Assembly (NCBI GenBank): GCA_050951545.1
Contig: JBMNJG010000005.1
Span: forward strand, 32,001 to 96,000
Reading direction: 5' to 3'
Source: Limnochordia bacterium
GTDB taxonomy: Bacteria; Bacillota; Limnochordia; DTU080
DNA: 64,000 nucleotides
Under the pieces are notes generated by a model. That model saw nothing but the letters and a program-made list of their open reading frames with translations, was not told the DNA's origin and ran no database searches. Shown piece by piece: positions 18,276 through 28,664 of the stretch (positions within the stretch are counted from its first letter, which is position 1; every line of letters starts with the position of its first letter). The translations under genes and the position numbers were made by a program.

Positions 18276-18775
18276 AGGCGGAACACCTCACCGGGTTTGA
18301 TTTCGTTCTTCAGAAGCCAGTACCAGGCACCGCGATAGGGAATTCGCCGCGCCCCCAACTCCGCAAGTCGAGCCTTCAAACGAGCCAGCTGCTTTTTCAG
18401 GAAGCCTTCCCTATCGAAGAGAATGCGCGCATCTTCGGTCATATCAAGCAAAAGCAAGCTCCCTCCTGCAATCTCTTCGGGGGAGCGAATCACTGGGGAT
18501 ATGTGTGTATTGAGTCCGTGATGTCTCGACTGCTTTAAAGCAGATGCCAGCTGGTGCTCCACGCGATCGAACTCGGCCATACGGGGCATACGGCCCCTTG
18601 GAAGCTGCTCAACGACAAGCAGCAAGTCGATGTCAGAATCACGCCGCGGTGTACCACGCCCTACGGAACCATAGACCGCCACGGAAACCAGCCGGGGTCC
18701 GTAGTAGGCGACAGCCTGCGACACGATGGCCTCGCAGAGCGCCGAAAAGGCCTCCATCAGTCCAATGCGTTCCAT
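18269..18775 (-). CDS. Minimal nucleotidyltransferase (MNT) antitoxin
   Basis: YGSVGRGTPRRDSDIDLL is the GS-x10-DxD motif. Confidence 0.85.
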   Translation of the reverse strand: MERIGLMEAFSALCEAIVSQAVAYYGPRLVSVAVYGSVGRGTPRRDSDIDLLLVVEQLPRGRMPRMAEFDRVEHQLASALKQSRHHGLNTHISPVIRSPEEIAGGSLLLLDMTEDARILFDREGFLKKQLARLKARLAELGARRIPYRGAWYWLLKNEIKPGEVFRLW

Positions 18776-18886
18776 GAGCTTGCAGCTCCTTCGTGCATGA
18801 TGCTTGTTGCCCCACTTGCCTGCGCCGGAACATGAAAAAACCACACGTCTATCACATCATTGCGTGGGGCGACAAGCAGGCAGTGC

Positions 18887-19750
18887 TTAGCATCCTGTCA
18901 AGAAGCGTGCCCCCTGTAGAATCCCCAGTCGCCTGTCGGCGGATGAGCCCGTGAAGTTGGCATCTTCCAACTCAATGCTCACGCATCCTGTGTACCCCGC
19001 TTCCTGCAAAATGCGGAAGGCCTCGGTCCAGCGCACCACACCGTGACCTGGGATGGCATAGCGCCAGGTCATGCTGCCATAGGGGATGGCCTTGGCAAAC
19101 GTCGGCGGTTGCTCGATACCAAATTCGTAGAAATTCCCTGTGATTAGGGCAGTATCCTTACCATGAACATGGACGACCCGCGACGCAAACTCCCGCAGAA
19201 ACTGCAGATAGTCGATCCTCATGCGTACAAGATGCGACGGATCGAAGTTTATCCCCATCACAGGCGATGAAACCTCCTTGAAGAAGGCACGAAGCGTCTC
19301 TGGAGTGCAACATAGGGCTCCCGGAGCAGGATAACCTTCGATAGAGATGCGCGCTGCGCTCTCCTCAAGCGCAGATACGAGGGCACTGTAACTCTCTACC
19401 ATGTAACTGAAGTTCTCAGCTCTGGGGAGTCCAGGATTCTCCGGAGCCATGACCACCAGATAGTTCAGTGGGCCATAGGCCGCGTTGTGACGAATGTACT
19501 CCACCTTAGCGGCCACCGCCGCAGTCCGCTTACCAGCGTCGGCAGAAATCAGATCCCGCCAAGCGGGTAGATCAATGGTGCCCACCCGTAAGCCCGCGGC
19601 CCGTACCACCGACACCTCTTCGGCGGCAATACCGTCGATCACCTCTAGATCGTGTTCCTTTGCCCAAGCGATCACGACGTCAATCCCCTGAGTCTCGCGC
19701 AACCCACCACGAATGAAACCTATCGGATATCCACCAGTCCGAGTCTTCAT
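18887..19750 (-). CDS. Sugar phosphate isomerase/epimerase (xylose isomerase-like TIM barrel)
   Basis: SIEG, NFDPSH, HVHGKD, PGHG and SIELED metal-binding motifs. Confidence 0.85.
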   Translation of the reverse strand: MKTRTGGYPIGFIRGGLRETQGIDVVIAWAKEHDLEVIDGIAAEEVSVVRAAGLRVGTIDLPAWRDLISADAGKRTAAVAAKVEYIRHNAAYGPLNYLVVMAPENPGLPRAENFSYMVESYSALVSALEESAARISIEGYPAPGALCCTPETLRAFFKEVSSPVMGINFDPSHLVRMRIDYLQFLREFASRVVHVHGKDTALITGNFYEFGIEQPPTFAKAIPYGSMTWRYAIPGHGVVRWTEAFRILQEAGYTGCVSIELEDANFTGSSADRRLGILQGARFLTGC

Positions 19751-19782
19751 TTCGTCACCTGGCCCCCCAAAAAAATGATGTG

Positions 19783-19808
19783 ACGCTGTGCGGGCATGTC
19801 GACGGCCT
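19783..19808 (-). repeat. Dispersed intergenic motif copy
   Basis: Plus strand ACGCTGTGCGGGCATGTCGACGGCC, about 33 nt upstream of ATG 19750. Confidence 0.7.
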
Positions 19809-19818
19809 TCGATTCACG

Positions 19819-20853
19819 TCATAGCCAACTGTCAAACCACCCATAGGCCGCCTCATTTGCCTCGGCGGTCGGTGAGTGCCCAGAGCGATGATTCACCATA
19901 CCAATGCGATCTGCCGCACCGTAGAGACTGTAAACCCCCTGAGCACCGTTAAGATAAGGCCAGCTACGATCGCCGTCAGCGCTCTCGCCAGCGACCAACA
20001 GAAAGGCTCTAGGTGCCACAAAAGCGAGCAGTTGGTGATGATCCAGATGAAACCCCGGTTCGCGGATCTCCGGCCCCAGATACCAGGGAGCATCCCAGTT
20101 GGAGAAGGAGAGCCCAATTCCCGGCTCCGAAGACACCACCACCTGGTAACGAGTGTCGAAGGCCCCGGCATAGAGGGCCATCTTACCGCCCAAGGAGTGA
20201 CCCATGCAACCGATGCGCGCAGGATCCACCAGATCCGTGCTGATCAGGTAATCGACGCAGCGCGAAGCGTCCCAGATCACGCGCCCCAAACCCTTCCAGG
20301 CAGGAAATCTGCGCCGGAAGAGTTCCACGCTCGGCGAGTAACGCCGCTGCAGTCCGGATCCGCCCGTGCCGAGGAGCTCAACGTATCCTTCGTGAACCCA
20401 ACGCTGCACCAGAGTCACATAGCCTCTTTCTGCCAAATGACGTGCGAAATGCCGCGTCTCTAGACCTGGTTTCCAACGTGAGCTACCCAAGTCATGCCCC
20501 GCAGGCACGTCAACGTCATAGTAAAAGACCACTACCGCTGGTAGCCGCTTCTGGCCTCGCTCCTTGGGCACCAGAAGATAACACTGTTCTCGGTACCCTG
20601 GTTCCATCTGAAGATAGACGAGGCTGCCCATACACGTCCCAAGATCGTCCTCTCGCTGCACCTCAGGATCGAGTGGCAGCTGGGCTATGGGAGACTCACC
20701 CAGATAGTGGTGCCAAGCCTCCATAAGAGCGGCTCGGCGCGCTTCCCATTCGCCCACTGAACCGATCCGGGTGCCCCGCTGTGTCGTCAAAAGCGATGGG
20801 TGATCGAGTGTGTGATGCCGCCACTCCTCAGGTGCATTGGTCTGAATCTCCAT
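19819..20853 (-). CDS. Alpha/beta hydrolase (dienelactone hydrolase / carbohydrate esterase-like)
   Basis: RIGCMGHSLGGK nucleophile elbow; DHHQLLAFVAPRAFL; C-terminal GH. Start set at ATG 20853 behind GGAGGGG; the longer ORF extension overlaps ispG. Confidence 0.82.
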   Translation of the reverse strand: MEIQTNAPEEWRHHTLDHPSLLTTQRGTRIGSVGEWEARRAALMEAWHHYLGESPIAQLPLDPEVQREDDLGTCMGSLVYLQMEPGYREQCYLLVPKERGQKRLPAVVVFYYDVDVPAGHDLGSSRWKPGLETRHFARHLAERGYVTLVQRWVHEGYVELLGTGGSGLQRRYSPSVELFRRRFPAWKGLGRVIWDASRCVDYLISTDLVDPARIGCMGHSLGGKMALYAGAFDTRYQVVVSSEPGIGLSFSNWDAPWYLGPEIREPGFHLDHHQLLAFVAPRAFLLVAGESADGDRSWPYLNGAQGVYSLYGAADRIGMVNHRSGHSPTAEANEAAYGWFDSWL

Positions 20854-21061
20854 CAACCCGTTCCCCCTCCCGTCAGTGCACTGTTTCACGAGGCTGCTCT
20901 TCTTTTCCTCTGTAAGCAGCCCGAAACAGCAACACGGCGTGCGGAAGCTTGTGTTGCTTTCTGTCGACCTACTAGGCGCATTGCACGCGATCGATAAGCA
21001 AGGATATCCTATGCCAGAAGGTGAATTCATCGCTACGACAAGGAATTGGAGATGAGACCCG

Positions 21062-22300
21062 ATGCACAGCCACATACTTGGGAGCCTGTCCCCCCGCAGA
21101 ACTACCACCTCTGTCGACGTCGGAGGGGTCTGGCTCGGTAGCGGACACCCCATTGCCGTGCAATCTATGACCAATACGCCCACGGCAGACATCATGGCCA
21201 CGCTGGAGCAAATCACCACGCTTGCCGAAGCTGGCAGTGAACTCGTGCGCATTACCGTCAACACCGACGAAGCTGCCCAGGCAGTCCCCAAGATCGTCTC
21301 TGAGCTGGACAATCGCGGCATCCGCACCCCCATTATCGGGGATTTCCATTTCAACGGGCATCTTCTGCTCGGCAAGTATCCTGATTGCGCCCAAGCCTTG
21401 GCGAAGTACCGCATTAACCCCGGCAACGTGGGCACCAAGCGCCGTGACGACAACTTTCGGGCCATCATCGAACAGGCCGTGCGCTACGGAAAACCTGTAC
21501 GTGTTGGCGTCAACGGAGGGTCACTCGACCAGCAACTTCTGACGAAGATGATGAACGAAAACGCCCAACGCCCACAACCCCTGCCGGGAAAGGAAGTCAT
21601 CCTAGAGGCGATGGTTGAGAGCGCCTTACTTTCAGCGACATTTGCTGAGAAGTGCGGCTTGGATCATGCACGCGTTGTGCTAAGCACCAAGGTTTCTAGC
21701 GTTCCGGAGCTTATCGCGGTCTACACAAGACTGGCGGCTCGCTGCGATTACCCCCTGCACATCGGGCTTACCGAGGCCGGCATAGGCACCAAGGGCGTTG
21801 TGGCCTCCACAGCTGGCATCGCCATACTTCTCGCCGCAGGTATCGGTGATACCATCCGTGTCTCCACAACCCCTACACCCAATGGCGATCGCTCAGATGA
21901 GGTGCGCACAGCTCAACAGATCCTGCAATCTCTGGAGCTACGAGCCTTTGCTCCTCAGGTCTCATCGTGTCCGGGTTGCGGACGCACCAGCAGCACGTTC
22001 TTCCAGCAGATGGCTCAGGAAATCCAAGATTTCGTGGAAGAGCGATTGCCGTACTGGCGCGCCTCTAACCCTGGCGTAGAGAGCATGCGTATCGCGGTAA
22101 TGGGTTGTGTGGTCAACGGACCCGGGGAGAGCAGACACGCTGACATCGGTATATCGCTGCCGGGTACATCCGAAGCTTCTGCCGCCCCAGTGTACGCAGA
22201 CGGCCAACTAGTGACCACCTTGCGCAGCGAGAACATCGTAGCTGACTTCAAACGCATGCTGGAGGAGTATGTAGCCACCCGCTATCAACCTGAGCAATAG
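21062..22300 (+). CDS. ispG: (E)-4-hydroxy-3-methylbut-2-enyl-diphosphate synthase
   Basis: [51 protein letters not shown] and [11 protein letters not shown] motifs. Confidence 0.96.
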   Translation: MHSHILGSLSPRRTTTSVDVGGVWLGSGHPIAVQSMTNTPTADIMATLEQITTLAEAGSELVRITVNTDEAAQAVPKIVSELDNRGIRTPIIGDFHFNGHLLLGKYPDCAQALAKYRINPGNVGTKRRDDNFRAIIEQAVRYGKPVRVGVNGGSLDQQLLTKMMNENAQRPQPLPGKEVILEAMVESALLSATFAEKCGLDHARVVLSTKVSSVPELIAVYTRLAARCDYPLHIGLTEAGIGTKGVVASTAGIAILLAAGIGDTIRVSTTPTPNGDRSDEVRTAQQILQSLELRAFAPQVSSCPGCGRTSSTFFQQMAQEIQDFVEERLPYWRASNPGVESMRIAVMGCVVNGPGESRHADIGISLPGTSEASAAPVYADGQLVTTLRSENIVADFKRMLEEYVATRYQPEQ

Positions 22301-22371
22301 TCTGCAGCGGTACGTGAAAATCCGCACGATGGGCATGCTATGGGCAGTCCCTGCCCAAGGAGGATACTGGC

Positions 22372-23220
22372 ATGCCCCGCAGCCGCCTCTTCCGCTTGTT
22401 CCTGGCCGCGGCACTAGCTTTGTTACTCACGACCGTCCCGAGTCTTCTTAGTCAGCGTCCCTCCACCTCCCAGCCGTCTGGCTCCGAGCAGCCACCAGCC
22501 CCTACTGACCCGGCCAATGCGGAGGTCATGCCTCTGCCTCTCCATCTTTTGGTGATCGGCCTTGATGCCAGCCTAAAGCGCAGCGACGTACTTCTCGCCA
22601 TCTCGGTGCCCCAGCAAGGTCAGATCTCGGTGCTTTCCATCCCTCGGGACACTCGCGTGCCAATGCCGAGTGGTCCGCACCGCAAGATCAACGAGTTGTA
22701 CGCCCTCGGAGGTACACAAGCAACCCAAGAGGGCGTCTCCCGGCTACTAGGTACCGATTTCCCCTACTACCTGACCCTCAGTTTCCGCGGTTTTGAGCAG
22801 CTGGTGGATGCCCTCGGAGGGGTCTCCCTCCTGGTCAAGCAGCGCCTACACTATGTTGACCATGCAGGCGGTCTATGTATCGACATCCAACCCGGCCATC
22901 AGACGCTGACTGGTGCCAAGGCCTTAGAGTTTGTGCGCTACCGCGCAGACGGCCGCGGTGACATTGGCCGTATCCAGCGACAGCACGATTTCATGCGAGA
23001 ATGGGCGCGAAGCATCGTCGCCAACCCCGAGCGTCTACTGGCCTTGCGCCACGATCTGCCTCAGGGGGTTCAGACCAATCTCCCCACCGCAGATAGCGTG
23101 CGCTTGGCCATGCGTCTGGCTACAGACCAACGCCCTCTGCATTTTGGCGTACTGCCCGGAGAGCCCGCTTATCTTGACCAGGTCAGCTACTGGCTGCCCC
23201 ACCCCGCACAACACCCCTAA
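22372..23220 (+). CDS. LCP (LytR-CpsA-Psr) family cell-wall polymer ligase
   Basis: N-terminal TM helix; RSD, SIPRDT, KIN, LVDALGGV and FVRYR...GDIGRIQRQ motifs. Confidence 0.92.
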   Translation: MPRSRLFRLFLAAALALLLTTVPSLLSQRPSTSQPSGSEQPPAPTDPANAEVMPLPLHLLVIGLDASLKRSDVLLAISVPQQGQISVLSIPRDTRVPMPSGPHRKINELYALGGTQATQEGVSRLLGTDFPYYLTLSFRGFEQLVDALGGVSLLVKQRLHYVDHAGGLCIDIQPGHQTLTGAKALEFVRYRADGRGDIGRIQRQHDFMREWARSIVANPERLLALRHDLPQGVQTNLPTADSVRLAMRLATDQRPLHFGVLPGEPAYLDQVSYWLPHPAQHP

Positions 23221-23602
23221 CAGGTCGGCTAACAGCTCCTGCGGGACAGCACAACAGCGCGCGCACCGCCTTCACTACCTCCGTCATTTCATATGGCTTT
23301 TGGATCAGCATCTGGTAAGTCTCCTGAGGGGGCAGCTCTTCCACAGAAGCGCCCGTAGCGACGACCACGGGTATCGCCCTCATCTTTGGATCGCGGCGCA
23401 TCATTCCGATGAGCTCCGCTCCCCTCACATAAGGTAAGTTGAGATCGGTAAGCACGAGGTCCGGAGGCCTTTCCTTCCCGAGCGTGCTCATGGCCTGTCT
23501 ACCATCTGTAGCTAAACGAACCTCGTGACCAGCCTCTGACAGCACCTCCTGCAGTAAGAGTGCAATGCCCAAGTCGTCTTCCACCACAAGGATACACGCC
23601 AA
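23183..23602 (-). CDS. Single-domain response regulator
   Basis: ILVVEDD, PDLVLTDLNLP and QKPY motifs; no output domain. Confidence 0.88.
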   Translation of the reverse strand: MACILVVEDDLGIALLLQEVLSEAGHEVRLATDGRQAMSTLGKERPPDLVLTDLNLPYVRGAELIGMMRRDPKMRAIPVVVATGASVEELPPQETYQMLIQKPYEMTEVVKAVRALLCCPAGAVSRPVRGVVRGGAASS

Positions 23603-23724
23603 TGTATTCCCCCGCCCAGTCCTAATCCGCATAACATAAGTTAGTTTTCTGTGCCCGGCACGCATCCCTTCTGGGTCGCTTTTCTTCGTGGTTTTTCCAC
23701 GAAATACGTTATGGAGTGCTCTCG

Positions 23725-24996
23725 TTAAGCTCCCTGTTCGCTGACTGTCTCTGCCAGATCAATGTGAAAAACGGACCCATGCGGCCGGTTGGGCGCGTAA
23801 GATACCCTACCCCCGTGCGCATTCTCCACGATCGACCGCACCAGAAGCAGCCCCATGCCGCTGCCTCGCTCTTTGGTGGTCACAGCCGAATGGAAGAGCC
23901 CGGCCCGCATGCCCACTGGAATGCCCGGACCGTTGTCGCGCACGGAAACGCGCACACCGTTAGGGGTCCTTTTGGCACTAATGCTCACTTTGCCCCCTTC
24001 AGGCATGGCGTCTAGCGCATTGCGCACAAGGTTGTCGATAGCCAAGGTCAACAGGCTGGGGTTAGCATAGACGTTCAGAGATGGATCGCTCTTAGCCTCT
24101 AAGCACACGCCCGGAGTCACTGGTGTTGCCGCCACAATGCCTTCTATTAGTTCCTTGACACTCATCTGCTTGAGATCCATGCGCGCTCCACCCAATGCCC
24201 TGAGTTCCTTCACTAAATCGGTCATCTGATCGGTGATCTTCTCACAGCGTCCCACAAGCTCCAGCGTTCGTTCGTCGGACACTCTCCGCGACAGCATGCT
24301 CAGATTGCCTTTGAGAACAGTGAGCGGATTGCCTAGCTCGTGCGCAATGAAACTAGACATACGAGCGAGCAGCCTCACCGACTCAGCATTCCGACGCTGG
24401 ATGAGTTCTCCCGTGATATCATGTGCGAGATGGCCAATCACGCCCAGACTTTCCGGCCCGAGCCGCTCCATAGTAACCGCAAACAACGCCCCGATAGCAC
24501 GTCCCATCTCATCGTCAATGGGTGCGCCATAGCTGAAGAAGCCGTGAGCATTGAGGCAGTAGTGCTCGGTGCCACAAACAGCAACTGGCTCCTTGGCGAC
24601 CAAGGCCAAGCCTGCAGCAGACGTTCCCACGGACGGTTCCGAAAGATCATTGCCAGGCTGGAACATGCTGCCTAGAAGGCCCTTGAGGGCACCTGCTCCA
24701 CACAGCAGGATGCCATCCCGATCGACCATCCCCGCCATGCAAGCCGAAGAGGTGGTCGTAGAAAGAAGCGTCTCCAGCCAATCCAGGTAGGACGTAGCCA
24801 AAGCAATCATGTCTGCATGTGCATTGATCCGACGCCGTAACTCATCATCGGAGAGACGCCGACATGACCAGCTGTCATGAGAGACCCCAGCTGCTTTCGA
24901 ACGCCCCCAAGAGTCACTTATGACCACCCTCACATTACCCTCAAGCGATTCACCGCCAGCAAAACGGGTCCATTCGACTAGCACCGGATCTGTCAC
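23725..24996 (-). CDS. Cytoplasmic sensor histidine kinase with N-terminal GAF (AcoR-like) domain
   Basis: ISDSWGRS...VDRDG...PGNDLSEPSVGTSAAG...GTEHY (AcoR-type GAF); AHELGNPL H-box; NLVRNALDA, DNGPGI and GSGMGL. Confidence 0.88.
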   Translation of the reverse strand: MTDPVLVEWTRFAGGESLEGNVRVVISDSWGRSKAAGVSHDSWSCRRLSDDELRRRINAHADMIALATSYLDWLETLLSTTTSSACMAGMVDRDGILLCGAGALKGLLGSMFQPGNDLSEPSVGTSAAGLALVAKEPVAVCGTEHYCLNAHGFFSYGAPIDDEMGRAIGALFAVTMERLGPESLGVIGHLAHDITGELIQRRNAESVRLLARMSSFIAHELGNPLTVLKGNLSMLSRRVSDERTLELVGRCEKITDQMTDLVKELRALGGARMDLKQMSVKELIEGIVAATPVTPGVCLEAKSDPSLNVYANPSLLTLAIDNLVRNALDAMPEGGKVSISAKRTPNGVRVSVRDNGPGIPVGMRAGLFHSAVTTKERGSGMGLLLVRSIVENAHGGRVSYAPNRPHGSVFHIDLAETVSEQGA

Positions 24997-25216
24997 GATG
25001 TCCCCACCTCTATTCTGACAACACAGCGAGCCATTTGTCGCAATCCCTCGGCAGTATTATTGCTTATGCACCTTCAGCACACTTCCTGCTCGAAAATGCA
25101 GAAAATGGTAATGGGCATTCACATAGACGAAGCAGCGAACCAAATGGAGATCCTTAGCGATGGGGCAAACGCACGGAAGTGACACTACCTACGGGGTGCC
25201 GCAGCCCTGTACCATC

Positions 25217-26422
25217 CTAGTCGTAGCGCAGAGCCTCAACGGGCTGCAGCTGTGAGGCTTTACTCGCTGGGTAAACGCCGAAAAACAAGCCTACGGAAAA
25301 AGAGAAAAGGAAAGCGATGGCTACAGACTCCAGCGTCACTGCAGTGCTCCAGCCTGCATAGCGAGAGATAAGAACCGAACCGCCAATCCCAAGTGAGATG
25401 CCCACCAGGCCCCCGAACATGGAGAGGGCAATCGCCTCAACGAGAAACTGAGCAAGGATCTCGCTGCGTTTGGCACCCAAGGCCTTTCGAATACCAATCT
25501 CCCGAATGCGTTCGGTCACCGACACCAACATGATATTCATGATCCCGATACCGCCTACCAGCAGCGATACCCCGGCAATACTGGCTAAGAGCAGGGTCAT
25601 CGTACCCGCCGTCTCCTCAGCGACTGACAACACCTCTGCCTGGTTGCTGACGAAGTAGGCCTCCTCACTCTTCAGTCGTTCAAAGAGCAAATCGTCGACT
25701 TCCGACTGGGCAGCGGTCATAAACTGGGCATCGGCGACCTCCACATAGATCGCCCGCAGTCGTTCATTTCGCCAGAGCCTTCTCTGCGCAGTGGTTAGCG
25801 GAACGAGTATCTGGTCATCGATATTCATGAAGCCACTCTGCCCTTTGCTCTTCAGCACACCGATCACCGTGAACCGCACGTTCCCGATCTTGACCTCGCT
25901 ACCCAGACCGGGTCTTCCCGCAAACAGTTCTTCGTGTACGCTAGAGCCGAGCACCGCTACTCGCTCGCGAGATTCCATGTGCATCTCCGTGATGGGAAAG
26001 CCCTGCTCAAGCTCGTGGTTGCGCACCGACAGATAGTCGGGAGTAACGCCGACAACGCTGGTCTGCAGCGACCCCGAAGGTCCCTTGACTGCCAAGTTCG
26101 ACGACGCCTCTGGTGCCACAGCCTTGCAGAGAACGCAGTTTTCCCGCAGATAATCAACAACGGCATTGTTGACCGCAGTACCGCTGCCCAGACTGCCCCT
26201 CCCAGACGTCCTGCTGCCGCCGCGGCCTGGGGTTACCACAAGCAGGTTCGAACCCATACCTCGAATGCTGCGCGTGATGTCAGCCTTGGCTCCCTCCCCA
26301 AGAGCCACCATGACAATGACGGCAGTCACCCCGATCACCACACCCAGCACCGTCAGGAACGAGCGAAGTGGGTTGGCACGCAAACCCCCGAAGGCGGCCC
26401 GCAGAGTTTCGGTGATGCGCAT
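25217..26422 (-). CDS. MacB-family ABC permease
   Basis: RSFLTVLGVVIG, VGGIGIMNIMLVSVTERIREIGIRKALGA and PVEALRY motifs. Confidence 0.93.
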   Translation of the reverse strand: MRITETLRAAFGGLRANPLRSFLTVLGVVIGVTAVIVMVALGEGAKADITRSIRGMGSNLLVVTPGRGGSRTSGRGSLGSGTAVNNAVVDYLRENCVLCKAVAPEASSNLAVKGPSGSLQTSVVGVTPDYLSVRNHELEQGFPITEMHMESRERVAVLGSSVHEELFAGRPGLGSEVKIGNVRFTVIGVLKSKGQSGFMNIDDQILVPLTTAQRRLWRNERLRAIYVEVADAQFMTAAQSEVDDLLFERLKSEEAYFVSNQAEVLSVAEETAGTMTLLLASIAGVSLLVGGIGIMNIMLVSVTERIREIGIRKALGAKRSEILAQFLVEAIALSMFGGLVGISLGIGGSVLISRYAGWSTAVTLESVAIAFLFSFSVGLFFGVYPASKASQLQPVEALRYD

Positions 26423-27135
26423 CAGACCAGCCCCCTGTCCGCGGCCGTCAAGCGCGCAGCAGCATCCGAGGTGTCCCCAACGATGAGGCCATCCCGCACC
26501 TCCAGGATCCGCCCGGTCCAGCCAGCAATCTCACGGTCATGCGTGACGACGAGCACAGTATGTCCCTGAGCATGCAGCTCAGCGAAAACGCCCATGATCT
26601 CCTCACCCGAACGCGAATCCAGATTCCCTGTGGGCTCATCGGCCAAAATGAGTGGTGCTCTGGTGACCAGGGCTCGAGCGACGGCCACGCGCTGCTGCTG
26701 CCCACCCGACAGCTCAGCTGGTAGATGCCCTATTCGGTCGCTCAAGCCGACCCTTTCGAGAGCCTCCCGAGCTCGACGCCGGCGCTCCCTCAGAGGCACC
26801 CCGGCATACATCAAGGGGAGGGCCACGTTATCTAGAGCACTCAAGCGGGGGAGAAGGTTAAAGGCCTGGAAGACAAAACCAATATGCTTGTTCCGAGTTG
26901 CTGCCAGTTGGGCATCAGAAATCCCGGCTACCTCCACGCCGTTAAGCGTGTAGGTACCCGAGGTCGGTACATCTAGGCATCCGATGATACTCATGAGGGT
27001 CGACTTGCCTGATCCGGATGGTCCCATCAGAGCCACAAACTCGCCCGGACTGATATGGAATGTGACACCACGCAAGGCCTGTACAGAGACCCGGCCATTG
27101 GAGAAGACCTTTGTCACGTTCTCCAGACGAATCAA
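26422..27135 (-). CDS. ABC transporter ATP-binding protein (MacB/LolD type)
   Basis: [33 protein letters not shown] and VTHD motifs. Confidence 0.94.
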   Translation of the reverse strand: MIRLENVTKVFSNGRVSVQALRGVTFHISPGEFVALMGPSGSGKSTLMSIIGCLDVPTSGTYTLNGVEVAGISDAQLAATRNKHIGFVFQAFNLLPRLSALDNVALPLMYAGVPLRERRRRAREALERVGLSDRIGHLPAELSGGQQQRVAVARALVTRAPLILADEPTGNLDSRSGEEIMGVFAELHAQGHTVLVVTHDREIAGWTGRILEVRDGLIVGDTSDAAARLTAADRGLV

Positions 27136-27163
27136 GTCATCACCCCCTCTTGTATGCTTCTGA

Positions 27164-28660
27164 TCATCGTACGCCAAAGATCATTCTCGCTCCTGGTGCT
27201 ACCGCACCAGGACGTCGCGTATTGTTGCCTGCGTCTGACTGCCGTCCCGGAATAATCACGGTCTGCCCCTCCTCAAGGCCGGAGACAATTTCGGTGTACC
27301 CATTCCCTTTCAGACCTATCTCTATCTGGGCAAACTGGGGTTCATCTTCGGGCTCAGCTGTCGCCAACCGCACCGTTGCTCTGCCCCGCTGATCGATAAC
27401 TGCAGCATCCGGCAACACAAGAACGTTGGGTTTGTGTAGCACCTGAACCACGATATCTGCCGTCATACCAGGGCGAAAGAGGGCATCATGAGCAGTCAGC
27501 TCAACGTAGATCGGATAGGTAACCACACTCTGACTCACCCGTGCCTCGCCACCGATAGCCACCAGACGTCCGCTAAAGGGTTGCCTCTCCATGGCCGCTA
27601 GAGTGATCTCCACCCGCTGTCCAGGCTGTAGCGCAGAGAGGTCGGATTCATCTACATAAGCCACGACCTGCCACTTTCTCACAGCGGCCAAGCTCACCAC
27701 AGCGAGGCGATCAGCGGAACCTCCTGCTGACAACTCGGCACCGACCACAGCATTGAGCTGTAGCACCATGCCCTCAAAAGGAGCCTTTAGAGTCAGAGAC
27801 GCCAGATTCCTCCGAGCAGTCTCCACGGCGGTCTCTGCCTTACGGACCTCGGCTTCTGCCTGAATCACGGACTCTGAAGAGGCCGCCTTCGCCCGGGCCT
27901 CCTCGGCAATGGCCAGGTTGACCTCCGCCTGTTGCACTGCAGCTAGTGCGGCCTCTTTCTCCTTCGGATCTGCTCCTTTTAGCAGCGAATTCTGCCGTAG
28001 CTGGGCGTTCGTCAGATTGTCTTTGGCTATCTCCAACTTCTCGACGTACTGCTGGTACTCCATCTTGGCCACCAAACCAGCCTCATAGAGAAGACGTTGG
28101 GCCGCCAGTTCATCCTCGGCAGTGCGCAGACTAATTTGCGCTTGGCGTAAGCTGGCCCGGGCCTGCTCTAGGTCTTGCTCTGTCGGCCCGGCCAAGAGGC
28201 TCTCCAGCTTCAGTTTCGCGTTAAGCAACTCCTGGCGCGCCTTCTGCACCTGAATCTCTGCGGTCTTAGGAGCATTCGCGTAGTTGTCGCGTGCGGTCGC
28301 CAGCCGAGCGTTAGCTAGAGCCAGATCCTGTTGAGCCTCCGCCAGCGCCCGCTCCGCCTCATCTGTAGCGAAGCGCACTAAGACCTGACCTGGCTTCACA
28401 ATCTGTCCCGGACTGACTAACACCTCCACTACCTTGGCCGACACTGCGTTGTAGAGACTCTCCTCGCGCGTAGGCCTCAACTCGCCAGTGGCGTCCACAA
28501 CCGAAGACAGAGTACGCCGCTGAACCTGTACGGTTCTCACGAGATCTGCAGGCCCTAGTGCAGAGGCCTTCCTGTGTGCCCGCCAGCGGACAAAACCCAT
28601 GGCCGCCAACAGCACCAAAACGATAGCCACCGCGATGACGATCCACCTGCGTCTTGTCAT
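27164..28660 (-). CDS. Efflux periplasmic adaptor subunit (MacA/HlyD family) with long coiled-coil hairpin
   Basis: N-terminal TM helix; lipoyl halves ([11 protein letters not shown] and LKAPFEGMV); VDESD and RPGMTA motifs. Confidence 0.9.
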   Translation of the reverse strand: MTRRRWIVIAVAIVLVLLAAMGFVRWRAHRKASALGPADLVRTVQVQRRTLSSVVDATGELRPTREESLYNAVSAKVVEVLVSPGQIVKPGQVLVRFATDEAERALAEAQQDLALANARLATARDNYANAPKTAEIQVQKARQELLNAKLKLESLLAGPTEQDLEQARASLRQAQISLRTAEDELAAQRLLYEAGLVAKMEYQQYVEKLEIAKDNLTNAQLRQNSLLKGADPKEKEAALAAVQQAEVNLAIAEEARAKAASSESVIQAEAEVRKAETAVETARRNLASLTLKAPFEGMVLQLNAVVGAELSAGGSADRLAVVSLAAVRKWQVVAYVDESDLSALQPGQRVEITLAAMERQPFSGRLVAIGGEARVSQSVVTYPIYVELTAHDALFRPGMTADIVVQVLHKPNVLVLPDAAVIDQRGRATVRLATAEPEDEPQFAQIEIGLKGNGYTEIVSGLEEGQTVIIPGRQSDAGNNTRRPGAVAPGARMIFGVR

Positions 28661-28664
28661 ATGA

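Noticed and set aside
20854-21468. Extension of the 549-aa ORF 19819..21468
   Set aside because: Antisense to ispG; the hydrolase begins at 20853 with its own RBS.
25155-25215. Possible c-di-GMP riboswitch (GGGCAAAC...GGAA)
   Set aside because: The remaining conserved elements are missing and it is not oriented toward a downstream gene.
27800-28350. Repetitive-looking sequence in the adaptor gene
   Set aside because: Explained by an Ala/Gln/Glu-rich coiled coil; not a DNA repeat.
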